From Terrimicrobiaceae bacterium (GTDB lineage Bacteria; Verrucomicrobiota; Verrucomicrobiia; Chthoniobacterales; Terrimicrobiaceae), in the NCBI GenBank assembly GCA_041752695.1, contig JBGSVZ010000035.1, positions 1-64,000 of the forward strand: a stretch of 64,000 nt of DNA, given 5' to 3'. A program made the position numbers and the translations under genes. The first letter of the stretch is position 1, and every line of letters begins with the position of its first letter. Positions 26,485-37,127 of the stretch are shown piece by piece. The notes under the pieces were generated by a model that was not told the DNA's origin, made no database searches, and saw only the letters and a list, made by a program, of their open reading frames with translations.

Positions 26485-27327
26485 CTAACTCGGTAGCGTG
26501 CTTCGGATCTGATGCCGATATTGCAATGGACTGAGCTGGAATGCGACACGAAATCTGCGGTGAAAAAGGGACGGGTTGTGAAAGCCTGCTTCCGCCCCGA
26601 CCTCGAGCACAGGGAGATCGGTGGTTTCCAGAAGGCGGGCAGCGTAGTCCAGGCGTCCGCGATTTATCAAATCCGTAGGCGTCAAGTTGAGGTGCAGCCG
26701 ACAAGCACGCGCGACGTGCTCGCGTGAACGTCCGCAAGCTCGAAAAAATGCCTCCACTCCGCCACCCAATTGCTCTGGTTTGTGCAGGCTCGAAATCGCG
26801 CGGGAGAGCCATTCAGGAGCATCGGGACCAAGTTGTAAAGGAGTGCCCTCACGGTGCAGCTCGTGCATAAGGGAACTAAGGAAACGGTCGCCCGCCAGGG
26901 CGGTGCTCGGCCGTTCTGCGATACCACGTACAATGCTGCCAAGGGCAGCTAATTGGGCCGGTGAGAGCATCCAAACCATTGGTGCCCCACCCCATGGTAT
27001 TTTCTTCAGTCCATAGGACTTCCAACGATCGTGCCATGAGTCTGCCACAGCAGCAGGCACGGCAAAATTAGCCAAGACAAACGGCGTTTCCTGTCTCAGT
27101 GCGTGAAATGCATGCCAATCGGCCGGACGTAGAAAGACGAGAGCCCCCTCTTCAAGGACGCTTTCGCACCCATTCAGCAGGTGGACACCCCGACCACTCT
27201 CAATCCAGAAGACTTCCGCAAAATCATGACAGTGTCTGACGATTGGCGTGGACGCCCCACACACCGAACGGGCAAAATTCCAAGGCTCACCTGAGGGGGA
27301 GACGAAAGTCCATTTAACACGTTTCAT
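26485..27327 (-). CDS. AraC family transcriptional regulator (cupin plus HTH, ChbR-like)
   Basis: HCHDFAEVFWI…FLRPADWHAF cupin and RLDYAARLLETTDLPVLEVGAEAGF…SPLQYR. Confidence 0.93.
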   Translation of the reverse strand: MKRVKWTFVSPSGEPWNFARSVCGASTPIVRHCHDFAEVFWIESGRGVHLLNGCESVLEEGALVFLRPADWHAFHALRQETPFVLANFAVPAAVADSWHDRWKSYGLKKIPWGGAPMVWMLSPAQLAALGSIVRGIAERPSTALAGDRFLSSLMHELHREGTPLQLGPDAPEWLSRAISSLHKPEQLGGGVEAFFRACGRSREHVARACRLHLNLTPTDLINRGRLDYAARLLETTDLPVLEVGAEAGFHNPSLFHRRFRVAFQLSPLQYRHQIRSTLPS

Positions 27328-27524
27328 CAAGCAGCATCACGGAAATGCACTTTTTAGTCACGCCAACACCGTGACACAAGACATGAATTGGTGCAGTCTA
27401 CCGAATCCCCGAATATTCACCCCCCATTACCCACTAACCTTCCGCCAAGATTTAGAGAAATGTCACTATTTCTCTGAAGGAATCCGATCCCTACCGCGAC
27501 CGACTTCTGCCCAAAAGTGTTCCT

Positions 27525-29477
27525 ATGAAATTGCCACATATTTGCCTTACGTTTCTTCTACTCGGCATGTCGAATCCTGCCCCGGCAGCTGTTCCCAAAG
27601 AGATCGTCCGATACGACTTGAGCCCACTGCGTACCCAAGTGCAGCTTGATGATCCAGCGGCCATCCGCCGATATTACGATGAGATCTTTCTTGTGACGGC
27701 GATTCAGGGTCTCGCCAACCGCAAGGAGGCCCGCCTCGCTGTGCGTTACGACGCGCGCCTTGATGACTTTTGGTGGGAACGGCTTACCGAGGCAGGAGCA
27801 TGGTTGGCAGACTCGAAGGTCACTGAGATGTCTTCGCCGGAGGAACTGCTAACCCATTACCGCGATGTTTTCAAAGGGTTGGTTGTTTATGATGAATCGG
27901 TCCCAGCAACGTCTCATACTGCAGCGGCGGTGGCCGGAGCAGACGACTTGCTACCCGTCCGCTACGACAGCGCCCCGGACTCATGGTATCAACGCCTCAC
28001 AACCGGCAAAATGGCATTACCTGTGGTTGTTTGGCTCATCCAGCCCGATGGCTCACCGCTCTTCACCGGCAAGGATCAGATCCCGGGCACATTGCTACCT
28101 AGCACAGGGAGCACCAAAAACGATGCCTACCGCTGGCTGATCGAAAAGTATCTTGCTCCCGGTAAGCTTAACCCGGAAGTTCTCGCTTATCTGGTGGACG
28201 CCTATTGGCTACAGAAATGGCATGTTCATGGTCATCAAGCGGTGGATGATCCAGAGAATCGCAACCCCTTGGGCGATCCTGACCAGCATACCCTCTGCAA
28301 CCTCGACTTCATCATCGCTAATCGCGGCATTCCTTTCGACCTCCATGTTTATGGCGATGAAATCCCCATCGACGACCCCAATCAGAAAATGGGGACGGAT
28401 TTTGAAACCTACAAGTTGATTCTAAAAACATGCAACGACCTCACAGGCGGCAACAAGATCCTCATGCAATATGGATTCACCCCGTGGATTTTCAAGTACA
28501 CCAACTTCAAGTCTGATAAGTGGAATGCGGGGGGAACTCGCGAAGCTGTGCATGTGGAGTGGATGAACGTGCAGGTCGCCTCCGCCTACAACTGCGCGGT
28601 CGATGCGGACGCATTGTCAAATTTTCCCAACGGCTCCTTCACACAGCACTTTCCCGTGCCGGAGCATGTCTCACAGAAGAAACCCCGCCCCACCAAGGAG
28701 CTGCTTATTGAACAGGGGATTTTGAACCCCGACGGCACACTCCCGGATGTTCTCTTTTACGCCCACTACGGCGGCGACTACGACGGCTCGTCCTGGCTCT
28801 ACAAATACATGCCTGCCATTTGGACGGACCCTGAGCGCGGGAAAGTGCCGGTCAGTTGGGCGATCAATCCCAACCTTGATCGCCGTATGGGACACGGACT
28901 CACTTGGATTCGATCAACCGCGGAGGAGAATGACGATTTTGTGGCTGGAGATAACGGCGCGGGCTACCTCTTTCCCTATCAACTCTCAACACCACGCGAA
29001 TTCTCAGGACTGCCAAGCGGCGTGCAACTCTGGGAGGAGCACAATACCCCTTATATGCGTCGCTGGGACCTCTCTGTCGTGGGATTTGTCATTGATGGAT
29101 TGACTCCCATGATGAAGCCCGAGGCGCTGGACGCTTACGCTCGGTTTTCTCCAGGAGGCATCGGCAGCAGCCAGGTTCGCCCCGCATGGCTCCACAAAGA
29201 TTTGCCGATCCTGTCTATCACAATCAACCTGCCGATGACAATTTTTGGGGACACAATACCTGAAGCAGCTCAGGTAACAAAAACCCTCCTCACCACCACA
29301 AAGGAACGCTTCATCCCGCTACGCTCCATCCTCTGGAAACCGAGGGACTTTGTTGCCCTCGAAAAGGAACTCGACCGCATCGGCACGCCCCCACGCAAGT
29401 TGGTCGATTTAAGCACTCTGCTCTGGCTGGCCCGCTACCACCTTCAAGGCGCGGAGTTCGCACCTGCGAGAAAGTAA
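27525..29477 (+). CDS. GxGYxYP-family putative glycoside hydrolase, secreted
   Basis: Signal peptide, TAIQGLANR N-domain, GDYDG, RGKVPVSWAINP and GDNGAGYLFP motif. Confidence 0.8.
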   Translation: MKLPHICLTFLLLGMSNPAPAAVPKEIVRYDLSPLRTQVQLDDPAAIRRYYDEIFLVTAIQGLANRKEARLAVRYDARLDDFWWERLTEAGAWLADSKVTEMSSPEELLTHYRDVFKGLVVYDESVPATSHTAAAVAGADDLLPVRYDSAPDSWYQRLTTGKMALPVVVWLIQPDGSPLFTGKDQIPGTLLPSTGSTKNDAYRWLIEKYLAPGKLNPEVLAYLVDAYWLQKWHVHGHQAVDDPENRNPLGDPDQHTLCNLDFIIANRGIPFDLHVYGDEIPIDDPNQKMGTDFETYKLILKTCNDLTGGNKILMQYGFTPWIFKYTNFKSDKWNAGGTREAVHVEWMNVQVASAYNCAVDADALSNFPNGSFTQHFPVPEHVSQKKPRPTKELLIEQGILNPDGTLPDVLFYAHYGGDYDGSSWLYKYMPAIWTDPERGKVPVSWAINPNLDRRMGHGLTWIRSTAEENDDFVAGDNGAGYLFPYQLSTPREFSGLPSGVQLWEEHNTPYMRRWDLSVVGFVIDGLTPMMKPEALDAYARFSPGGIGSSQVRPAWLHKDLPILSITINLPMTIFGDTIPEAAQVTKTLLTTTKERFIPLRSILWKPRDFVALEKELDRIGTPPRKLVDLSTLLWLARYHLQGAEFAPARK

Positions 29478-29505
29478 TCCAACCATTAAAGTGCTGCTTG
29501 GGGTC

Positions 29506-30336
29506 TCAGTGTCCATTTTTCCCATGCGCAGCCCGATAGCTCAACACCTCGCCATAAACTTTGGTCGGGTCTGCATAGGTTTGATTGGCGAGGTCGCGAC
29601 CGCGTGCCAGGTAAATGCGATGGTAGGCATGGGCTTCCTCCGATAATTCTGTCTTGGATGACATAAAACGCATGGTGTAGCCGCAGCGTCGCAGTTGGCT
29701 GGTGTTGGGTTCGCTGCCGTGAATGATCCGTGCGTCGTGGAGGCTCGCGTGATTAGGCTCCAATTCGATGGCGACCGCTTTGGATTCGTCACGCTGAAGT
29801 TTAGTCACTTCTGTGGGAAAAATATTTTTCGTCAGATCAGTAGGGTCGTAATCAGAAAAGCCCTTTTTTCCGGTGTTGTGCGTGCGGGGAATCACCTGCA
29901 TGCAGCCGTTTTCCCGGCGAGAAGGATCAATCGCAAACCAAACGGTGACAATTTCCATGTTTGCTGGAAGCATTGTCTTCCAGTAGGCGGAATCCTCATG
30001 CCATGGCACGCGCTTGCCATTGCCTTTGGGTTTGCAGATAAAGTGACTTGAGAAGAGTGCGATGTCGGGACCAACAATTGGCTCGACCAAATCGAGAATC
30101 TCATCGGCAAACAGCCATTCAAACAATGCCGGATCGGTGAAGTGAGGCACATCCATACCCTCGGGGCGCTGGTCCGGGGGCAGGGCGGCTAGTTTATTCT
30201 CAAAATGAGTTTTTAGTTTCTGAAATTTCTCTTCCGGGAAAATGGCACTCTCGGGGATGAAGTAGCCTTCGCGATGGAATACTTCGACATCGGTCTGTGA
30301 GAGAAGGCTTTGCGCGGGGAAAGCTGAGGTGTTCAT
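29506..30336 (-). CDS. Phytanoyl-CoA dioxygenase family (Fe(II)/2-oxoglutarate) protein
   Basis: PWHED (HxD), VTVWFAID, ENGCMQVIP and HGSEPN…RR. Confidence 0.9.
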   Translation of the reverse strand: MNTSAFPAQSLLSQTDVEVFHREGYFIPESAIFPEEKFQKLKTHFENKLAALPPDQRPEGMDVPHFTDPALFEWLFADEILDLVEPIVGPDIALFSSHFICKPKGNGKRVPWHEDSAYWKTMLPANMEIVTVWFAIDPSRRENGCMQVIPRTHNTGKKGFSDYDPTDLTKNIFPTEVTKLQRDESKAVAIELEPNHASLHDARIIHGSEPNTSQLRRCGYTMRFMSSKTELSEEAHAYHRIYLARGRDLANQTYADPTKVYGEVLSYRAAHGKNGH

Positions 30337-30344
30337 TGCCCCTG

Positions 30345-30408
30345 ATCATACACTCCGTAACGATGCCGTCGTGGCTACATGGTGACAAAAACATGTAATC
30401 CAGTGACA
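30345..30408 (-). promoter_or_regulatory. Putative AraC-type tandem site (TGACA-N16-TGACA) with TATGAT -10 element; near-leaderless promoter
   Basis: TGACA at 30383 and 30404. TATGAT on the minus strand at 30345-30350, 32 nt from the proximal repeat and 8 nt before the ATG. Confidence 0.55.
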
Positions 30409-30417
30409 GAGTCTCGC

Positions 30418-33279
30418 TTAGTTTCGAAGAGCGGCGGATTCGATGTCGAGTCGCAGCGTGACGAGTTCGCCGGGAGATAGAAGGCAGTCGATGCTGTGAG
30501 CGGGAAGGTTGCTGATGAATTCACCGGCGGCGTTGACTCGGGTGATCTTGTCCACGCGCCAGTGGGGAAATTGGAGTCTGATAGATCCCCTACGATTTGC
30601 TGTCTCTTCAATGCGGATTTCGATGCCATCCGCCCAAGGGCGCAGAGTGGCGATGATGTTGTCCGATGCCTCAACCTGTATGGGATTCTGTGGACGATTC
30701 TCGCCGGCGCCAGGAGTAAGAGTCATGACGCGGAGCGGGGTGACGCACTCAGCAGCTCGCCGCCGCGACCACGCGGGATCGTAGGCGTGAGAATACGGAA
30801 CGAACGAGGCGTTGAAAGTAAACTGTCCACCTTGGGAGGGCGCGAAGTTTGTGGGCCAGAGGTTGTTTTGGACATACACGAACAACTCGCTGGCGTCGCT
30901 GCTGGTGCCTCGTGGCGAGGCTTGGCGAATATCTCCAAGCTGGATCATCGGTGTGTCGGGCAAGGCCACCATCACCCCGCCCTCCGGGCCTGCCACGTCG
31001 AGATGATCACGCAGCACGAACCAATCCGAAGAGGATCCGGGAATCTGGTCGTGCCCCGGGCGCATCGGGCCGGCATTCGTGCCGAGAATGCATTGCGCGG
31101 AGGGAATCTCAAACGGCAGCGCCATGAAGATGGCCTCAGGCTGGACGTCGGCGGGTTTGTGAAGGGTTGTCGCGATGTCCACACGTCTGGTCGTGTGGTG
31201 CAGGGTGATCGCGCGGTTCACTTTCATGCGACCGCACTCGGTGGAAATCAACAGACGGCTCCATAGCGGCCCGTCCTCGACGCGTATGAGCAGTGCCTCA
31301 TGTTCGGTCTCGGTGGCGAGCAATTCTTGATCGATAAAGTAGATATGGCGGCGTGAAAATGACTGCCGGATCACGCTACCAAAGAGAAATGATGGGCTTA
31401 GCTGGATGAGGGTCTCGCCGGTCGAGGCAAGCTGCCAGTGCAGCAGGCCGCCGGTCTTCTGGCAGAACACGAGATGCATGTGGGCATTGCTCAACTTCCC
31501 GCGCCAAAGGTCACGACAGGCGGAGGGTACCTCGAAGTTGGGCTCCGGCGATGTGTCCGCCTCGACAAAAATCAATCTCTGCCCAAATGCACCGACTTCG
31601 TCCACATGGAGGTCCACGAAGTTCACTTCGCCGGATGTTCGTGACTGCCATGGCACCGTGCGCCCGGTCTTTTCGTCAAGGAACCGCCAGCTTGTCGCGC
31701 CCGGAACGAGGGCTTCCAATTCCTCACGCGGTATTTCAACGATCCCGCCGCGTGCCCAAGATAGCGAGTTTTGCACGGCCAAAACAGGTCGATCTCTTAT
31801 CGGTCCCGCCAAGGCCCAATTTGCCCGTGCGGAATTTTCCAATTGCTCGGCAGCGAGAGCACCTTGAAAAAAGAAACTTCGTTTGTAGTGCGTCTGGAGT
31901 TCTCCCGAGCGATGGCCACGCTCGTCGTTGTCCGCGGGAGCGGCGGCACCCCATGTGTGCTCGTCGCACATCATTACGTGATCCCAAGCGTGCTCCAGGG
32001 CTTGCGCATAATGCGCGCTGCCTCCAGTGGCAAGTGCCAGGGCTGTCTGCGAAAATTGCAGGCGCTCCTGCGAACGGCGATGGAGCGCAAACTCCCGCGC
32101 CATCGAACCAATGCCCTCGGCCCACCAATCCGGCCAGAAGCCCTGACGGGTTTCGAGGGAAGAGGATGTCTCCGCTTCGATTTCAGCAAAGAATTGGTGA
32201 AATGTGGACATGCGAATCTGGGGAGCCGAGTAGATCGCGTTCCACTCCTTCACGATTTCGGCAATTCGGAAATTCGGTCGCCCGTTATCGGAGTAGCTCC
32301 CTTGGGTGCGCAGACCCAGAGTCTGGCCGGCGAATCCCCCGGCCTCCAGGCTGGCGAGGCGCTCACCCATGCGAGCCTCGACGGTCTCGAGTGATTCTGT
32401 GAAGCCCAGGATGTTTCCCTCCTGATAGACGTGGTCGTAGAGATCGCTGAACCACGTGAAGAGTTCGCCTCCCGACGGACCCTGCCAAAGAAACGGACGT
32501 GGCAGGTGCTTCAAGGCCTCACGGTGGAACGGAGCACGAAAGTTATTCGGTGCCATGGAGAGGTGGCGGATGCCAATATCATTGAGGAGGCGGGGCAAAA
32601 GGGCAGATACACCGGGAACATCGCTCTGCACGGCGGTGCGAATGGTAAATCCCAGCTCGCGCAGCTTGCGCACGGGCTCAAGGGCGCGCATCAATTCCTC
32701 CGCCATGCACCCCTCGCTGTGCAAGGTGTAGGGCATGGCCGCCACTTCAAGCAGGCCCGCACGATCCGCCTCCAGCAAGCGTTCGAGGCACGAGGCCGGT
32801 CGGCTGTCCAGATACTTCAGAAGGGGAAACGTGCATTCGACATTCCAACGAAAGCGGTCTGCCTCGTCCTCAGCGCTGGCACGCGCGATATAGTCGAGCG
32901 CTGTATCAAAGTTTGATAATTGAAGGCGCAGGATGTCGGGCATCACGCTCGTGTAGCCGTAGTCGAAATGCGATTGATGCAAAAGATGCACGCGCCAGGG
33001 TCGGCAGGGCGCGGCCATCATCTCAGTTCGTGTGTGTATTTGTCCGCCAGCGCGGAGTTCGATAGCCACAGACACCGTGCTCTCGGGTTCAGGAAACCAT
33101 GTGGTGATCCGTGTACGCCCAGCACCCCCTGAAAACGGAAAACTTCCCGTCGATCCGCAAGGAAAAATCAGAACCAACTCCGCTGGCCCAAGACCGTGGG
33201 CAAGCTCAACTTCGACATCAAGGCGACGTTGGTTGTCCGCTCGGCGAACGATGGGCAGGAGGCGGAACGCGAGTTTCAT
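30418..33279 (-). CDS. Glycoside hydrolase family 38-like (alpha-mannosidase-like)
   Basis: HQSHFDYGYT metal motif, QSDVPG nucleophile region, FLWQGPSG and DEHTWG. Confidence 0.85.
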   Translation of the reverse strand: MKLAFRLLPIVRRADNQRRLDVEVELAHGLGPAELVLIFPCGSTGSFPFSGGAGRTRITTWFPEPESTVSVAIELRAGGQIHTRTEMMAAPCRPWRVHLLHQSHFDYGYTSVMPDILRLQLSNFDTALDYIARASAEDEADRFRWNVECTFPLLKYLDSRPASCLERLLEADRAGLLEVAAMPYTLHSEGCMAEELMRALEPVRKLRELGFTIRTAVQSDVPGVSALLPRLLNDIGIRHLSMAPNNFRAPFHREALKHLPRPFLWQGPSGGELFTWFSDLYDHVYQEGNILGFTESLETVEARMGERLASLEAGGFAGQTLGLRTQGSYSDNGRPNFRIAEIVKEWNAIYSAPQIRMSTFHQFFAEIEAETSSSLETRQGFWPDWWAEGIGSMAREFALHRRSQERLQFSQTALALATGGSAHYAQALEHAWDHVMMCDEHTWGAAAPADNDERGHRSGELQTHYKRSFFFQGALAAEQLENSARANWALAGPIRDRPVLAVQNSLSWARGGIVEIPREELEALVPGATSWRFLDEKTGRTVPWQSRTSGEVNFVDLHVDEVGAFGQRLIFVEADTSPEPNFEVPSACRDLWRGKLSNAHMHLVFCQKTGGLLHWQLASTGETLIQLSPSFLFGSVIRQSFSRRHIYFIDQELLATETEHEALLIRVEDGPLWSRLLISTECGRMKVNRAITLHHTTRRVDIATTLHKPADVQPEAIFMALPFEIPSAQCILGTNAGPMRPGHDQIPGSSSDWFVLRDHLDVAGPEGGVMVALPDTPMIQLGDIRQASPRGTSSDASELFVYVQNNLWPTNFAPSQGGQFTFNASFVPYSHAYDPAWSRRRAAECVTPLRVMTLTPGAGENRPQNPIQVEASDNIIATLRPWADGIEIRIEETANRRGSIRLQFPHWRVDKITRVNAAGEFISNLPAHSIDCLLSPGELVTLRLDIESAALRN

Positions 33280-33280
33280 T

Positions 33281-35746
33281 TTAGGATTCGGCCCGGAAGG
33301 TCAGAGGCAAATCATTGAGTGAAGCACAGGCGGCGAGGGCCGCAGGAGGGGTGGGAAGATGCGGCCCCCATTCGAGGCGGTAGCGGAATTCGTGAAAGCC
33401 GCCCAACGCCGCCTCAAAGTTTGTTTCCCAGTAGTTGGTCATGAGCCAGCCGTAAGGCTGTAAGGGGCGATTGGCCAGTTCCGGTGCGCCCATGAGGAGG
33501 CGCGGGCCATGGTCGAGAGGCCCAAGTTGGAGTATTGGGGCGTCCGGGCAAGCGACAGCCAGACCACGGCCCTCGGCCACCAGCGCGAAGCCGTGCTGGA
33601 GAGTATAAAAATCGGTGAGCGAATCCGGGAGTTGGTCAATGGACGGGCGAATGGCGGCACCAGTTTTATCAAGCCAGATCTGCGGGTCAGCCCCACCTGG
33701 GGTAAACGGCAGAGAAAGGTAAAGATTTTCGGGGTCCCAAACGGAATCTTTGTGGATGCAGAAGGAGGCATCCACCCGCGGCGCATCTTTCCATGCGGTG
33801 AGCGTAAGCTGCGCCATGCTGCAACCGGGGAGTTCAAACGTGAGACGTACAGAGGCAAAGAGAGGCCCGGCGCTGATCGGCTCGGCGGCAACGATTCGTC
33901 CACTGGACCGAACGACATCGGCACCTTTGCGATTGCGACCCATGCGGCCTCGGGCCATCAACTGGGCCTCGGGGTTGTTCGGTGGAAGGACTGGCGTCCG
34001 TTCGTAAACCGGGGTGAATGCGCCATGGTTGCGGTCCGGTAGAAGCAGGTCTTGGTCGGTGGCTTTGTCGAGCCAAGTGTCAATCTCTCCACCGATAGTC
34101 CATGTGATGCGCAAGTGCGGAGTTTCGAGGAATTCGGATGTTGCCTGAAGGGAACTCAGGCCTTCCGCGCCGAGAACATCGGGGAAAGTTGTGATACCCA
34201 AATGAACAAAGTCTGTGCAGTTGCGCTTCCTCGTCGAAAGGGTGAGCAGGCTCTCTTGCATCTCAAGATCGCGCGATTCAAAAGGACCAAGGTCGAGCCA
34301 GACCCCCCAGGCCATTCCTCGAGGCACGACCATTTTCTGAGCCGGGAGAGCAATCCCTGATTCAAGGTCAATGATGGAACACGCCATGTCGCGGTTGAAA
34401 AAGTCAGGGGCTTCCAGATAAAGGCGCGCGACGTCGCACACACGGTGGCCAGTGCAGTTGACCACACGATAAAGAAAGGGGCGGTCCGGAGCAAGGGGCC
34501 GGGCACCGAGTTGGCCGCTCAAGTCATCGAGAATTTCCTCACTGGCCTCCACGGCCGCCAAGGCATAACGGCGTTTCATGCCTGAAATCATTTTTACGGC
34601 ACCATCCCACGGTGCCGTGACAGAGTCGGAATGCCCAAAGGTGTGTTCTGTGTAGAGGGCGATGGATTGTTCCGCCCGATCACAGGCCTCCACCGGCAGC
34701 GTCAACTTTGAATGCTCAGCCAAAGAACGCGCGCTGGCGTATTCGCGCTGGGCTTGACGACAAAGACGAACCTCCGTCGGCTGGCTCGCGTAGCCGTCGC
34801 TCCACCAATCCGGCCAATCCCCTCGATGGGTGGGAATGTCCTTAAACTGCTCACGAACCAGGCTCGCAAAGTGCGCTGCCGTCGTCATTTCGAGGCGAAT
34901 TTTGTCACCGTGGCGGGAATTCCAATGGTTGGCAAACCGGGCGATCTCGCCATTGGGTGGCGCGTTGTCCGAGGTCATGCCGGAGATCGGTATCGGCACG
35001 ATGTTTCCGGCGTAACCATCGAGGGCGAGTTGGTTCAGGTAACGAGGCAGACGCAGCTCGGCGATGAGACCGCCGTCTTCACACGCGCTTTTGGGCCACC
35101 ACTCGTCTTTGAGTCCGTGCGTGAGGTGACCGCGCGGGCAGAGACCCATCACGTTACCCACGTTGTAGTGCTCTCCGAGCCAGACGAGGACTTTGTCGCC
35201 GCGCGGCGTCTCCCACCAGAACGGTGTCTGGCGGCGACCCAGCGGCGCGAGGCCGTGCGCGGGGTGCAGGAACATGAGCAGATTGTGCACACCGCTATCG
35301 TGGAGCGCCTGACTGTATCCCCAGCTGAAGCCGTTCACGTCGGCGGTGATCGCCGTATCGACCACAACACCCATCTCGGCAGCGACACGTTGGGAGCGCG
35401 AGAACATGCTGCGCAGCACATGATCGTCCACAAGTTCGTTGAAGTGGAGGAACGTGCCGGACAAACCAAAACGTCCGGCGCGCACCGCTCTCACCAGTTC
35501 GGAACGCCGCTCGGCGGACGCCACTCGCCACCAGCCTTCCAAGGCCCAGTGACATTCATTGTTCCAGACGAAGCCCTCGGGATCTCCGGCTTGAATCAAG
35601 TTCAGCGCTTGCTCGGTAAAGTCGAAATGTCGCCTCTCAATGCGCTTTTGCGTTTCCGTGTAGCCGATGTCGGTATGGGAATGGTGGATGAGATAGACCG
35701 TCCACGGACGGTCTAGTGGGTTTGACAAGAGCTCTTGGTTAATCAT
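33281..35746 (-). CDS. Glycoside hydrolase family 38-like (alpha-mannosidase-like)
   Basis: HHSHTDIGYT, TADVNGFSW, PFWWETPRG, GDWPDWWSDG and YTEHTFG. Confidence 0.87.
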   Translation of the reverse strand: MINQELLSNPLDRPWTVYLIHHSHTDIGYTETQKRIERRHFDFTEQALNLIQAGDPEGFVWNNECHWALEGWWRVASAERRSELVRAVRAGRFGLSGTFLHFNELVDDHVLRSMFSRSQRVAAEMGVVVDTAITADVNGFSWGYSQALHDSGVHNLLMFLHPAHGLAPLGRRQTPFWWETPRGDKVLVWLGEHYNVGNVMGLCPRGHLTHGLKDEWWPKSACEDGGLIAELRLPRYLNQLALDGYAGNIVPIPISGMTSDNAPPNGEIARFANHWNSRHGDKIRLEMTTAAHFASLVREQFKDIPTHRGDWPDWWSDGYASQPTEVRLCRQAQREYASARSLAEHSKLTLPVEACDRAEQSIALYTEHTFGHSDSVTAPWDGAVKMISGMKRRYALAAVEASEEILDDLSGQLGARPLAPDRPFLYRVVNCTGHRVCDVARLYLEAPDFFNRDMACSIIDLESGIALPAQKMVVPRGMAWGVWLDLGPFESRDLEMQESLLTLSTRKRNCTDFVHLGITTFPDVLGAEGLSSLQATSEFLETPHLRITWTIGGEIDTWLDKATDQDLLLPDRNHGAFTPVYERTPVLPPNNPEAQLMARGRMGRNRKGADVVRSSGRIVAAEPISAGPLFASVRLTFELPGCSMAQLTLTAWKDAPRVDASFCIHKDSVWDPENLYLSLPFTPGGADPQIWLDKTGAAIRPSIDQLPDSLTDFYTLQHGFALVAEGRGLAVACPDAPILQLGPLDHGPRLLMGAPELANRPLQPYGWLMTNYWETNFEAALGGFHEFRYRLEWGPHLPTPPAALAACASLNDLPLTFRAES

Positions 35747-35764
35747 GAAATCTGACGAAATGGG

Positions 35765-37117
35765 CTAAGGCTGCTGGATAAGTGGCGCGGGCGCGGAGGC
35801 ATCCGCTTGCTTCGACCAACGCTCGAATCTCGCACGCAATTCCGCCAATCGTTTTGGCTCCGATCCTGCCAGATCTTGCGATTCACCGGGATCCGCCGAC
35901 AAATCAAAGAGGGCGAAAATTTCACCCGCGCTGTCCGGGAAGCGGTGGAGTTTCCACTGACCAGAGCGAATGGCCCACTGGCCGGCAAAAGGCCCCGTCC
36001 TCCACCACCAGAAGAGATCGCGCGCGGGTAGGACCGATTTCCCTTCGAGCACCGGCAGCAAATTGGCGCCATCTAAAGAGGCGGGAATTGGTTGGTCTGC
36101 GGCCGCCAAGCAGGTTGGTAGAATGTCGAGAGTCGACACGGGGCCTTTGAGTGTGCGTGCCCCGGAAAACCTAGCAGGCCACGACACAACAAACGGCACC
36201 CGGATTCCTCCCTCCAGCATCTGGAGCTTCTCGCCGTTCAGCGGTGCGTTGTCTGCGTGAGTTGCCAAAACCGAGCCACCGTTGTCGGTCAAGAAAATGA
36301 TAAGCGTGTTCTCGTAGATGCCGGCATCGTCGAGCGCACCGAGCACTTGCCCCACGCCAGCATCAAGGTAGTCGATCATCGCCAACAGAATCTTCCGGGC
36401 CGGATCCTGGCTGTGAACATGATGCTTTTCGACATCCTCAATGTGAGCCTGAAGAGGTGTGTGCACGGCGTTGTAGGCAAGATAGAGAATGAAAGGTTCC
36501 TCTCGATGCCGTTGAATGAAGTCAACCGCCTCCTCGGTGAGACGGTGGGTCAGATATCCTTGTTCACCCACCAGCTTCTTCTTAGCACGGTAAAGAGGAG
36601 CGAAGTCTGTCATGGTATTGGACAGATCGAAGTAGTTCCGTCCGCCATGATTGAACCCGTAAAACTCATCGAATCCCCGAACTGTTGGATTTCCGGCACC
36701 CGCGATGTCAACCGTTTCATGCCATTTTCCCAAGGCCGTCGAAACGTAGCCGGCGGAGCGCAGGTAGCTGGGCAACAGTTGAACCGGTTGGGTGGCAACG
36801 TCGGCCCAGTGCACTCCGCTTCGTTGTTGGTAGCGTCCCGTGAGCAAAGCCGCCCGCGACGGCAGACACATCGGTGCTGTCACGTAGCCCTCTTCAAAAA
36901 TAACTCCATCCCGTGCGATGCGATCGATATTGGGAGTCGAGACTCCAGCTTTGTGCAGTGGATTAAAACTCACGTCCGCATAGCCCTGATCGTCGCTCAC
37001 AATGATGACGATGTTCGGTACTTTCGACTGTGATTCGGCCACTGCGAAGGTAGCAAATGTAAGGGGCAGAATTGCTCCTATCGCTTGAGGGAGGCTTCTC
37101 TGTAAATTTAATTTCAC
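35765..37117 (-). CDS. Sulfatase (Cys-type, formylglycine-dependent)
   Basis: PNIVIIVSDDQGY, CLPSRAALLTGRY (CxPxR), GKWH and TDNGG. GTG start at 37117 gives a signal peptide and avoids overlap with the upstream gene. Confidence 0.93.
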   Translation of the reverse strand: MKLNLQRSLPQAIGAILPLTFATFAVAESQSKVPNIVIIVSDDQGYADVSFNPLHKAGVSTPNIDRIARDGVIFEEGYVTAPMCLPSRAALLTGRYQQRSGVHWADVATQPVQLLPSYLRSAGYVSTALGKWHETVDIAGAGNPTVRGFDEFYGFNHGGRNYFDLSNTMTDFAPLYRAKKKLVGEQGYLTHRLTEEAVDFIQRHREEPFILYLAYNAVHTPLQAHIEDVEKHHVHSQDPARKILLAMIDYLDAGVGQVLGALDDAGIYENTLIIFLTDNGGSVLATHADNAPLNGEKLQMLEGGIRVPFVVSWPARFSGARTLKGPVSTLDILPTCLAAADQPIPASLDGANLLPVLEGKSVLPARDLFWWWRTGPFAGQWAIRSGQWKLHRFPDSAGEIFALFDLSADPGESQDLAGSEPKRLAELRARFERWSKQADASAPAPLIQQP

Positions 37118-37127
37118 TGAACTTAGA

